Origin: Candidatus Azotimanducaceae bacterium
GTDB taxonomy: Bacteria > Pseudomonadota > Gammaproteobacteria > Pseudomonadales > Azotimanducaceae
DNA length: 64,000 bases
Assembly: GCA_965203615.1 (NCBI GenBank)
Contig: OZ241900.1
Span: forward strand, 3,879,350 to 3,943,349
Direction of reading: 5' to 3'
Both the position numbers and the translations under genes were made by a program. This document shows, one piece after another, positions 1 to 8,004 of the stretch (the stretch's first letter is position 1; each line of letters begins with the position of its first letter). The notes below the pieces were generated by a model. It did not search any database. It was not told where the DNA came from and worked only from the letters and a program-made list of their open reading frames with translations.

Positions 1-1
1 C

Positions 2-595
2 GGTCCGAACGGCGAGGGGCTTGCGCTGTGCGCCCCGGACCAGGGCGCGCGCGAGTTCGTGCTGGAGATGGCCGCGTCTTTGGGATTGCCGAAGGCGAAG
101 TGCATCCTGCTTGCGAAGGAACGCTCGGGTGAGCGCGACGTGGAAATCTCGCTCTTCGAGGGAAGCGAGACGGGTTTCGAGGATGTCGTGGGCCACGACA
201 TCGTGCTGTTCGACGACATGGTGCGCACCGGTTCCACGCTGGTGCAGACCTGCCAGTTCCTGAAGAGGGTCAACCCGGGCCGCCTCGTCTTCGCCGTCAC
301 GCACTTCTACGCGAGCGAAGAGGGTCGCCAGAAGATGGCGGACAGCGCGATCAACGAGATCCTCGCGCTCAATACGCTGCCCGCCGTGCTCAACCGGGAC
401 GAACAGGGCAGGCTGCGCCGGAAGATGGTCGTCCTGAAGATCGAAAAGTGGCTCGCGCGCAAGCTCTGCGAAATCACCGGCGTGCCACAGGAGCCGAGCG
501 AGAACTTCTACCAGATCGACATGTCCTCGAAGAACCCCCGGTTCAGGCGCAAGATCTGGTCGAATGACCAGCTTCCGAGCCTGCGCACGGGTTAG
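2..595 (+). CDS. Ribose-phosphate pyrophosphokinase / phosphoribosyltransferase-family protein, 5'-truncated by the window edge
   Basis: The frame is open from base 2. It has a PRPP-binding loop-like motif 'IVLFDDMVRTGSTL' and an upstream 'APDQGAREF' segment like the Prs C-terminal half. Stop at 593-595. Confidence 0.6.
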   Translation, partial: GPNGEGLALCAPDQGAREFVLEMAASLGLPKAKCILLAKERSGERDVEISLFEGSETGFEDVVGHDIVLFDDMVRTGSTLVQTCQFLKRVNPGRLVFAVTHFYASEEGRQKMADSAINEILALNTLPAVLNRDEQGRLRRKMVVLKIEKWLARKLCEITGVPQEPSENFYQIDMSSKNPRFRRKIWSNDQLPSLRTG

Positions 596-634
596 ATGGG
601 CCGGGGCGGAGGCGAATCACCCCGCGACAAGCCG

Positions 635-1546
635 TCAGGCGAACGCCGGCAGCACCGATTCCGCGAGCAGGCGCTCGTTGTCTGCCACGTAGTTCGAAGG
701 GCAGGCCGAGTTCAGGATGATGGTGCGCGCGCCGGCATCGATGTATTCGCGCAACCGGGCGATGCAATCATCTGGATTGCCTGCCAGCGCGTACCTTCCG
801 GCCAGCTTCGAGAAGTCCTGGTTGTACTGTCGCGACAGCCGCTGTACCGCCATCTTGACGGCGGTGTCGCGGTCTTCGTGCACGGCGAAAAAGATGTGCA
901 GCCCCGGGACTATGGCGTCTTTTCGACCTTCCGCATCGGCGCACCGCGCGATGGTCTCGAGACTGTCCGCAAGGCGGTCCGGCGTGTACATGTAGGGTAG
1001 CCAGCCATTGCCGTGTCGGGCGCAGCGGCGCATCGCGGCTTCGCTGCGCCCCGAGATCCAGATCGGCGGATGGGGCCGCTGCGCGGGTTTGGGAGCGAGT
1101 GTCACGCCGGAGAGCTGCGTAAAGCGTCCCTCGACACTGACGTCGTCCTCCGTCCACAGGCGCTTCATGATTGCGAGAGATTCGTTCGTGCGGGCGCCGC
1201 GTTCGCGTACCGGCACTCCGCAGGCCTCGAATTCCCTTGCGAATTCGCCTCCGATGCCGACGCCGAGATGAAATCGTCCGTTGGACACGATATCGAGGGT
1301 GGCAACCATCCTTGCCAGAAGCGGGGGAGGGTAGAGAGGCACCAGGGTGATCGCGCTCATGAGCTTGATCGAGGTCGTGGCACCGGCGGCCGCGGCGAGG
1401 GTGATGAGACCGTTGTTGACCGGACCGTAGAAGAAGACGTGCTCACCGGTGGACACGAACTGGTAGCCGAGCCGTTCCGCCTCCCGGGCGTTCTCGACGA
1501 TCGTGTCGATTCGCCGCAAGCCGATGCCGAATGCCACCTGGGGCAT
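635..1546 (-). CDS. Luciferase-like monooxygenase (LLM-class flavin/F420-dependent oxidoreductase)
   Basis: Translation has 'RLGYQFVSTGEH', 'NGRFHLGVGIGG' and 'PHPPIWISG', typical of the LLM family. I chose the internal ATG at 1546 (MPQVAFGIG) over the longer ORF start at 1594. Confidence 0.8.
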   Translation of the reverse strand: MPQVAFGIGLRRIDTIVENAREAERLGYQFVSTGEHVFFYGPVNNGLITLAAAAGATTSIKLMSAITLVPLYPPPLLARMVATLDIVSNGRFHLGVGIGGEFAREFEACGVPVRERGARTNESLAIMKRLWTEDDVSVEGRFTQLSGVTLAPKPAQRPHPPIWISGRSEAAMRRCARHGNGWLPYMYTPDRLADSLETIARCADAEGRKDAIVPGLHIFFAVHEDRDTAVKMAVQRLSRQYNQDFSKLAGRYALAGNPDDCIARLREYIDAGARTIILNSACPSNYVADNERLLAESVLPAFA

Positions 1547-1666
1547 GTTCCTGTTCCTTCCGGTCCTTTGCCCTTGCCGAGCCGATGGATCCACGTCCGG
1601 TCAATCAATCACTGCGGTGGCTCGTCGATGGAGCACCGGCGGCTTTTTTCGTCAGGGCCGTGGGGC

Positions 1667-3325
1667 CTATCCCCCGTTCAACAGGTCCTCGTACTTCGAG
1701 AACCGCGTGTCCTGGCGGGTGGCGACCTCGATCAGGCAGACCTCGCCTTCGCTGTTGGCGATCTGCGCGGCCCTGATCGCGGGCGCGATCCCTTCAACCT
1801 CGTTCACGTTTATCGCCTTGGCACCCAGGGCCCGGGCGACACCGGCGTAGTCTCCGCTCTGGTTCCCCGCGCCGTAGCGCTCCATCGCGACCGGCATGTT
1901 CTTGTCGTATCCGCCCATGGTGCGGTTGTTGATGACGATGGTCGTGATCGGGATCTCCGCCCGCACGGCGGTCTCGATGTCCGTGCCGGTGTGGCCGAAA
2001 GCGAGATCGCCCATGAGATTCATGCAGAACTTGCCCGGGTTGGCCATCTTGGCGCCCATGGCGAGCGGGATGCCGTACCCCAGGTGCGTGGTCTTGCCCC
2101 AGCCGATATATCCATGCGGTACCGTCGCCTTGTAGAAGGGCATGATCTGGTCGCGCGGATTGCCCGCATCGTGGGTCACCACGCTATTGGCATGGTCGAG
2201 GCTGCCGTTGATTTCGTTGACGACCCGATAGGGATTGATCGGCGTCTCGTCGGAGTTGAGGAGCGGCGCCCATTCGGCCAGCCACTCCGCCTTGGTGGCG
2301 GCGATATCCGCGGCGAGCGCGGTGTTGGTTTCACGCCCGTTGTCGCCCACGGCCGCCTTCACTTCGTCGATCATGAGTTCGAGCGCAAGCTTGGCGTCGC
2401 CGACGAGCCCGATGTCGACGCCGTAGTCCTTGTTGATGTCCTCGACGGAGACGTTGGCGTGGATCATGAACTTGCCCGGCGGTATGTCGATGCCGAAGTT
2501 CGTTCGTGTCAGGCCCGAGCCGATGCAGAGGATCGTGTCGGACGCGCCCAACCACTTGAATACGGCCTTCGGCGCTGTCCTGTTCGCCGAACCGAGCGCG
2601 AGGGGATGGTCGTCCGGGAACGCGCTCTTGCCCTGCATGGTGGTGATGACGGGAATCTGCGTCAGTTCCGCCAACGTGCGCAGTTCTTCGGCGGCTTCGG
2701 CGTAGAGGACACCCTGTCCGGCCCAGATCACGGGATTGCTGGCGCTGAGCAACGCCTTCACCGCGTCCCTGGTATCGGAGCGGTTGGGCGCGGACTTCAT
2801 GACCCTGGAAGGCCGGTAGTCGAAGGCATTCTCCGGCACCTGCTGGCCCAGAACGTCGCCGTGAAGTTCGACCACCGCCGGCCCCGGCCGGCCGTTCTTC
2901 GCCGCGTGGAATGCGCGGCGCACCTGCCGCGTCGTCAGGTCGATCCTGTCGATGGAGAGCGCCACCTTGGTGACCGACTCGTAGCTCCTGGTGGCGGAGA
3001 AATTCGGCTTGATGTCGTAACCGCGCAGGCCCGCACTGCCGGGGAGAAACACGAGGGGAACTCCCTCGCCCCAGGCCTGGGCGATGCCGCCGAAGGAGTT
3101 CTCGACGCCGGGGCCACCCTGCGATGCGAATACGCCGACGCGCTTGCCGGAGGATTGCCGGCTGAATCCGTCTGCCGCGTTGATACCGCCACGCTCCTGC
3201 CGGAACACGATTGGCCGGATACCGATCTTGGCGACCGCCTCGATGAGTGGGTTGGCGGGAAAGCACGCCATCCAGGACACGCCTTCCGCCTTCAGGCAGC
3301 GCGCGATCAAATCGAAACCGTTCAT
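1667..3325 (-). CDS. Thiamine-diphosphate-dependent enzyme (acetolactate synthase/sulfoacetaldehyde acetyltransferase-like superfamily)
   Basis: 552 aa. The N-terminal Pyr domain has 'RQERGGINAADGF' and the C-terminal PP domain has 'MGDLAFGHTGTDIETAVR...ITTIVINN'. GGAGGAG sits just upstream of the ATG at 3325. Confidence 0.85.
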   Translation of the reverse strand: MNGFDLIARCLKAEGVSWMACFPANPLIEAVAKIGIRPIVFRQERGGINAADGFSRQSSGKRVGVFASQGGPGVENSFGGIAQAWGEGVPLVFLPGSAGLRGYDIKPNFSATRSYESVTKVALSIDRIDLTTRQVRRAFHAAKNGRPGPAVVELHGDVLGQQVPENAFDYRPSRVMKSAPNRSDTRDAVKALLSASNPVIWAGQGVLYAEAAEELRTLAELTQIPVITTMQGKSAFPDDHPLALGSANRTAPKAVFKWLGASDTILCIGSGLTRTNFGIDIPPGKFMIHANVSVEDINKDYGVDIGLVGDAKLALELMIDEVKAAVGDNGRETNTALAADIAATKAEWLAEWAPLLNSDETPINPYRVVNEINGSLDHANSVVTHDAGNPRDQIMPFYKATVPHGYIGWGKTTHLGYGIPLAMGAKMANPGKFCMNLMGDLAFGHTGTDIETAVRAEIPITTIVINNRTMGGYDKNMPVAMERYGAGNQSGDYAGVARALGAKAINVNEVEGIAPAIRAAQIANSEGEVCLIEVATRQDTRFSKYEDLLNGG

Positions 3326-3395
3326 TCTCCTCCCCGGTGCGTTGATGGAAGGGGCGCAAGGTTAGCATGGAGCGGCCTGGCGCCACCCGCTCGAT

Positions 3396-3701
3396 CTATC
3401 TGCCGACGGGGCGGCTCGGTGGTCTGGATGGAGGCTGCGCCGCCTCCCGATCCAGCCATCGGCGCATCAGGACCTTGATCTGTGTCTGGTATGGCACGCC
3501 GGAGAGCCGCGCCTGAACCTTGAAGGCCGCGAGCAACGGCTCGGGAACCTTCAGGCTGATGAGGCGCGACCGGGCATTGGCCGCCCCCTGGATGCGCCTG
3601 AAGTCCTCCAGAAAGCGGACCACGTCGTCGGGCGACAGACTGCGACAGCGTTCGAGATACTCCGAAGTGAATCGCTGAACGGGACGTGGCTTGGCCTCCA
3701 T
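3396..3701 (-). CDS. Ribbon-helix-helix / BrnA-like small DNA-binding protein (putative antitoxin)
   Basis: 'ISLKVPEPLLAAFKVQARLSGVPYQTQIKVLM' resembles the CopG/BrnA RHH motif. I chose the internal ATG at 3701, which lies 4 nt after the upstream gene's stop. Confidence 0.55.
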   Translation of the reverse strand: MEAKPRPVQRFTSEYLERCRSLSPDDVVRFLEDFRRIQGAANARSRLISLKVPEPLLAAFKVQARLSGVPYQTQIKVLMRRWLDREAAQPPSRPPSRPVGR

Positions 3702-3705
3702 CGTG

Positions 3706-4167
3706 CTAGAGCCGCTCGAGTGCCCGAATGTCCTCGATGTCCTGCGGCCGGCCACTCTCGCGCTTCATGGCGATCAGGGCGTCGATGGACAGCACTCGCA
3801 CGGGGCCGGAAGCGAGTTCCACGCGCTTGGTGCGTTTCCCCGTCAGGTCATAGTTGATGATGATGTCCACCTGTTCCAATGGATCGTCCGGATTGTGAAA
3901 TTTCCAGGCGATCAGGTTGCGGTTGCGGACATATTCGTCGCGAAATGCGTGGATTTCCCGGGCACTCACCGGCAAGCCCGACAGGAGACCCATGCCGTTC
4001 AATGCGGCTTCCGCCATGGCCAGCGTCCGTTCTGTCCAGGGAAATACCAGGTCGATGTCGACCGTCCCGCGTACGGCCCCGTGCAACGCCACCGCGTAGC
4101 CGCCTACAACGGCGTAGCGCACGCCGGCATCTTCCAGCGCAGCGCAAACTCGCTCCAGGAAAGTCAT
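3706..4167 (-). CDS. Minimal nucleotidyltransferase-fold protein (DUF2204/MNT-like)
   Basis: 'YAVVGGYAVALHG...VDIDLV' is a GG...DxD nucleotidyltransferase signature. 153 aa, immediately upstream of the RHH gene. Confidence 0.55.
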   Translation of the reverse strand: MTFLERVCAALEDAGVRYAVVGGYAVALHGAVRGTVDIDLVFPWTERTLAMAEAALNGMGLLSGLPVSAREIHAFRDEYVRNRNLIAWKFHNPDDPLEQVDIIINYDLTGKRTKRVELASGPVRVLSIDALIAMKRESGRPQDIEDIRALERL

Positions 4168-4259
4168 CTGGGGAGTATACCGGTATATACCAAAGCTGCC
4201 AGGCGCATCGTCTATGACCGCAACGTATAGAATCCGGGCTTTGGCGTTGGGGGAGGGTG

Positions 4260-5900
4260 ATGTCCGACACGGCGATAGCGCGCTATGACGCCGTGGTCGT
4301 GGGTGCCGGTTTTTCCGGCCTCTACATGCTCCATCGGTTGCGCCGGGCCGGCTTCAGCGTGCGCGTGTTCGAGGCGGGAGCCGGCGTTGGCGGCACCTGG
4401 TACTGGAATCGCTACCCGGGCGCGCGCTGCGACATCGAGAGCATGGAGTACTCCTACAGCTTCTCCGACGCGTTGCAGCAGGAGTGGGAGTGGACCGAAC
4501 GCTTCGCCGGCCAGCCGGAGATCCTGCGTTATATCGAGCACGTCGCCGACCGGTTCGACCTCAGGCGGGACATCACGTTCGAGACCCGGGTCGTCAAGGC
4601 GACCTTCGACGAGGCGGCATGCTGCTGGCGGATCGAAACGGACGCCGGCGAGACCGTGGAGGCGATGGCCCTGGCCATGGCCACCGGCTGCCTGTCCTCC
4701 ACGAACCTGCCTGAGTTCGAAGGGCGGGACAGTTTCCTTGGCGAGACCTACCACACCGGCCGATGGCCCCATGACCACGTCGATTTCGGCGGAAAGCGGA
4801 TCGGGATCATCGGTACGGGATCCTCGGCCATCCAGGCGATCCCGATCATTGCGGCCGAGGCGGAACACCTCACGGTCTTCCAGCGTACGCCCAACTACTC
4901 GGTCCCGGCGCGCAACGGACCCCTCGATCAGGACTACGTTCGCGAAGTCAAGTCCGAGTATCCGGAGTTCCGGTCACGCAACCGGCTGATGCCCGCGGGT
5001 TTCGGGTCGAAGGGGTTGGGCCGCAATGACATGCCCGCGCTGGCGGACGATCCGGCCGCGCGGGAGGTCAGGTTCGCCGAGCGCTGGGATCACGGCGGCT
5101 TCGGTTTCCTTGGCGCCTACAACGATCTCCTGCTCAACCACGACGCCAACGAGACGGCGGCGGATTTCGTGCGCGGGCGGATTCGCGACACCGTCAAGGA
5201 CCCGGAGGTCGCGGAACGTCTGTGTCCGGACAACGTCATCGGCTGCAAACGGATCTGCCTGGACACGCGCTACTTCGAGACCTACAACCGGCCCAACGTC
5301 GAACTCCTGGCCGCGACCACCCACCCCATCGAGCGCATCACGCCGGCGGGCGTCCTGGTCAGGGTGTTGAACGCGGAAACGGGCCAACAGGAAGGCTCCC
5401 GCGAGATCGCGCTCGACTGCATCGTCTTCGCCACGGGGTTCGACGCCATGACGGGCACGGTGCTCCGTGTCGACATCCGCGGCCGCGGCGGCCGGACCCT
5501 GCCCGATGCTTGGTCCGCCGGACCGCTTACCTACCTGGGCCTCGCCACGGCCGGTTTCCCGAACCTGTTCATGATCACCGGCCCCGGCAGCCCGTCGGTG
5601 CTGACCAATATGGTGGTCGCGATCGAGCAACACGTGGACTGGATCGGCGACTGCCTGGAATACCTGCGGCGCGAGAAGCTCGCGACCATCGAGGCGACCT
5701 CGGAGGCCCAGGATGCCTGGGTGGACCACGTCAACTCTGTCGCCGACAAGACCCTGATGCCGACCTGCAACTCCTGGTACCTGGGCAGGAACATTCCCGG
5801 CAAGCCCCAGGTGTTCATGCCGTTGATCGGTTTCCCGCCGTACGTGGAGAAGTGCGCGGAGGTGGCTGCCAACGGCTATGAGGGCTTCGTGCTGCGCTGA
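4260..5900 (+). CDS. Baeyer-Villiger (type I flavin-containing) monooxygenase
   Basis: 'VVVGAGFSGL' FAD-binding site, 'GGTWYWNRYPGARCD', BVMO fingerprint 'FLGETYHTGRWP', and a second Rossmann motif 'GIIGTGSSA'. GGAGGG lies upstream of the ATG at 4260; GTG 4257 is an alternative start. Confidence 0.85.
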   Translation: MSDTAIARYDAVVVGAGFSGLYMLHRLRRAGFSVRVFEAGAGVGGTWYWNRYPGARCDIESMEYSYSFSDALQQEWEWTERFAGQPEILRYIEHVADRFDLRRDITFETRVVKATFDEAACCWRIETDAGETVEAMALAMATGCLSSTNLPEFEGRDSFLGETYHTGRWPHDHVDFGGKRIGIIGTGSSAIQAIPIIAAEAEHLTVFQRTPNYSVPARNGPLDQDYVREVKSEYPEFRSRNRLMPAGFGSKGLGRNDMPALADDPAAREVRFAERWDHGGFGFLGAYNDLLLNHDANETAADFVRGRIRDTVKDPEVAERLCPDNVIGCKRICLDTRYFETYNRPNVELLAATTHPIERITPAGVLVRVLNAETGQQEGSREIALDCIVFATGFDAMTGTVLRVDIRGRGGRTLPDAWSAGPLTYLGLATAGFPNLFMITGPGSPSVLTNMVVAIEQHVDWIGDCLEYLRREKLATIEATSEAQDAWVDHVNSVADKTLMPTCNSWYLGRNIPGKPQVFMPLIGFPPYVEKCAEVAANGYEGFVLR

Positions 5901-5908
5901 GTCCGAGA

Positions 5909-7003
5909 ATGAACGCGCCGCATCTCGATCTTGATCCCGCCCGCGCGCTGCCGGCTGCCGCGTACCGCGATCCGGTGTGGCTGGCGGCGGAGAAGGAGAG
6001 GATCTGGCACGGCGACTGGGTGTTTGTGGCGACTGAAGATGCCCTCGCGACGCCCGGAGACCAGCTTCCCGTGACGATCGGGGACCAGCCCATACTCCTG
6101 TTGCGCAACCGGTCGGGCGAACTCGTCGCGCTATCCAACCTGTGCGCGCATCGGGGCACGTTGCTCGTTGAAGAGCGCACCAACGCACAGCGGATTCAGT
6201 GTCCCTACCATGCCTGGACCTACGACGACGCCGGGCGCCTGGTCGGCGTGCCGTTTGCGCCGAGAGACGCGCTGGACAGGGCAGCGCATCGCCTTCCGAG
6301 TTACCGGGTTGAGTCATGGCACGGACTGGTGTTCGTAAGCCTCAATCAGGAGGTTGAGCCGCTCGCCGTGCGGTTCGCGGCAATCGAACCCCATGTCGCC
6401 GCACGCGGCATCGACCGGCTGCGCCACCAGACCGACTGGCAGGACACCGAGGTGTGGGAGTGCAACTGGAAGGTCGCGATCATGAATGCGATGGAGAGCT
6501 ACCATCTCTTCAAGGTGCACGCGACTACCCTTGAACCCCTCGCACCCACCAGGGAAGCGTACTACGTCACGGGCTCCGCCCGCGCGACGGCCACCGGCGG
6601 CACCTACAAGGATGCGGACGACTACGTGCTGATCAGCCTGCCGCCGGGCTTCGTCGGCATAGTCACCCCGGACAGTCTTGTCTGGCAGGCCGTCCATCCG
6701 GACGGTGTGCACCGTTGCGCTGTGCGTACGGGCGGCGCTTTCGCTTCGTCACGGAGTCGCGGCCCGTTTGGCGGACTCGGGCATTGGTTCTCGCAGGCCG
6801 TTACCGGCTACATGCAGCCGGACTTCCTGAAAGAGGACAAAGCGATTTGCGAACGCGCCCAACGGGGTTTCTCGGGCGATTTCACTCCGGGTACGCTCCT
6901 GCCGATCGAGCGGGTGGTGGCGGACTTCGGCCACTATCTCAACTGGCGGCTCAACGATGTCGAACCGCCCGAGGTTCATACGGAGCGGACACCTTCGCGG
7001 TAG
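5909..7003 (+). CDS. Rieske [2Fe-2S] non-heme iron oxygenase, alpha-subunit type
   Basis: Rieske motif 'CAHRG...' then 'CPYHAWTY'. The catalytic domain has 'NWKVAIMNAMESYHLFKVH'. It starts 9 nt after the BVMO stop. Confidence 0.85.
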   Translation: MNAPHLDLDPARALPAAAYRDPVWLAAEKERIWHGDWVFVATEDALATPGDQLPVTIGDQPILLLRNRSGELVALSNLCAHRGTLLVEERTNAQRIQCPYHAWTYDDAGRLVGVPFAPRDALDRAAHRLPSYRVESWHGLVFVSLNQEVEPLAVRFAAIEPHVAARGIDRLRHQTDWQDTEVWECNWKVAIMNAMESYHLFKVHATTLEPLAPTREAYYVTGSARATATGGTYKDADDYVLISLPPGFVGIVTPDSLVWQAVHPDGVHRCAVRTGGAFASSRSRGPFGGLGHWFSQAVTGYMQPDFLKEDKAICERAQRGFSGDFTPGTLLPIERVVADFGHYLNWRLNDVEPPEVHTERTPSR

Positions 7004-7088
7004 CGGTTCTCCAATAGGCTCTCTTCCACGGTTCTGCCGTCCTCAATGCGCCTCGAACTCGGGTCTTGGGCAGAGACATCCCATTTGG

Positions 7089-7118
7089 TTGACATCAACA
7101 CATCAACCTTCTTATGTT
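7089..7118 (+). promoter_or_regulatory. Candidate sigma70-type promoter with tandem CATCAAC repeats upstream of the VapB-like gene
   Basis: TTGACA (7089-7094), an 18-nt spacer, then TATGTT (7113-7118). The spacer contains 'CATCAACACATCAAC' direct repeats that could be an autoregulatory operator. Confidence 0.35.
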
Positions 7119-7125
7119 CAGGAGC

Positions 7126-7410
7126 ATGAGAACCACGCTGACGCTTGATCCAGACGTGGCCGCCCTGGCCCAACGAATGCAGAGTGCACGCGGATGCACG
7201 TTCAAGGCGATCATCAACGAAGCCCTGCGCCAGGGCCTGCGCGGAATGGAGACGCCGTCCAGCCGTCCAGTTTCCTACAGGACGCCTTCTGTCGATCTTG
7301 GGCGATGCCTGGTCGGCGGCCTCGACGATGTCGCGGAAGCGCTTGCAGTGGCGGAAGGCGATGGGTTTTCCCGATTCGACAGCTTGGAGTGGCTCAACCC
7401 GCTCAAATGA
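7126..7410 (+). CDS. VapB-type antitoxin-like protein whose C-terminus looks like the tail of a VapC PIN toxin (degenerate TA module)
   Basis: 'MRTTLTLDPDVAALAQRM...FKAIINEALRQGL...DDVAEALAVAEGDGF' is VapB-like, and the final 'SRFDSLEWLNPLK' resembles a PIN-toxin C-terminus. AGGAG lies before the ATG at 7126. No PIN ORF follows. Confidence 0.55.
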   Translation: MRTTLTLDPDVAALAQRMQSARGCTFKAIINEALRQGLRGMETPSSRPVSYRTPSVDLGRCLVGGLDDVAEALAVAEGDGFSRFDSLEWLNPLK

Positions 7411-7482
7411 AGCCGACTGCAGCCGAGCGGCCGACCTGCCACTTCGTATCCATGGAAGGGACGGGGACGCGCCGGTAGCCGA

Positions 7483-8004
7483 TCACTTCGATTGGCCGTA
7501 TTCCTCTGCCGCGTCGGCGATCCAGCGCGACACGTAGTCCGCGTAGCTGCGGCGGAACACCAAGTCGAAACTGCCGTCCGCGTTCGCAGCGACCAGCGCG
7601 CCTGCCTGCGCGAACATGGTCTGCACACAGCGTCCTGGCGGAAAGTTCCGGGGATGAAAGTCGTAGGGACTGGATTTCTGCAGCACCTTTCCGGCGTCGT
7701 CGCCGGCAAGGTTCACGTGGACGAAGCCGCCGCTCACGTCCACGACGGAGAAGCGGCCAGGGGCCGACTCCCGTAGTTGTCGCTCGACCCTGGACTGCTC
7801 GCCAGCAGGCACGATCAGGAGCCACTCGTCCGGACCGAGCCAACAGGCGCTGGTTTCCCCAGCCTCGCACCGACTGCACGGCTCGGTCGGGAGGTCTATA
7901 CCGGTGACTCTCGAGACCGCATCGCGAAGATCCTCATCGCCGCGGAGATTCAGATATCCCCGCGATGGGAGTTCGCGAATCCCGACGCCGGGCTTTTCAG
8001 ACAT
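7483..8004 (-). CDS. soxG: Sarcosine oxidase gamma subunit
   Basis: 173 aa with 'LNLRGD...' and 'WLGPDEWLLIV' typical of SoxG. It overlaps the soxA stop by 8 nt. Confidence 0.85.
   Translation of the reverse strand: MSEKPGVGIRELPSRGYLNLRGDEDLRDAVSRVTGIDLPTEPCSRCEAGETSACWLGPDEWLLIVPAGEQSRVERQLRESAPGRFSVVDVSGGFVHVNLAGDDAGKVLQKSSPYDFHPRNFPPGRCVQTMFAQAGALVAANADGSFDLVFRRSYADYVSRWIADAAEEYGQSK

Noticed and set aside
1013-3478. 821-aa ORF on the plus strand spanning the LLM and ThDP-enzyme loci
   Set aside because: It runs antisense to two ORFs with clear family motifs. Its translation is Arg/Gly/Ala/Asp-rich low-information sequence typical of shadow ORFs in high-GC DNA.
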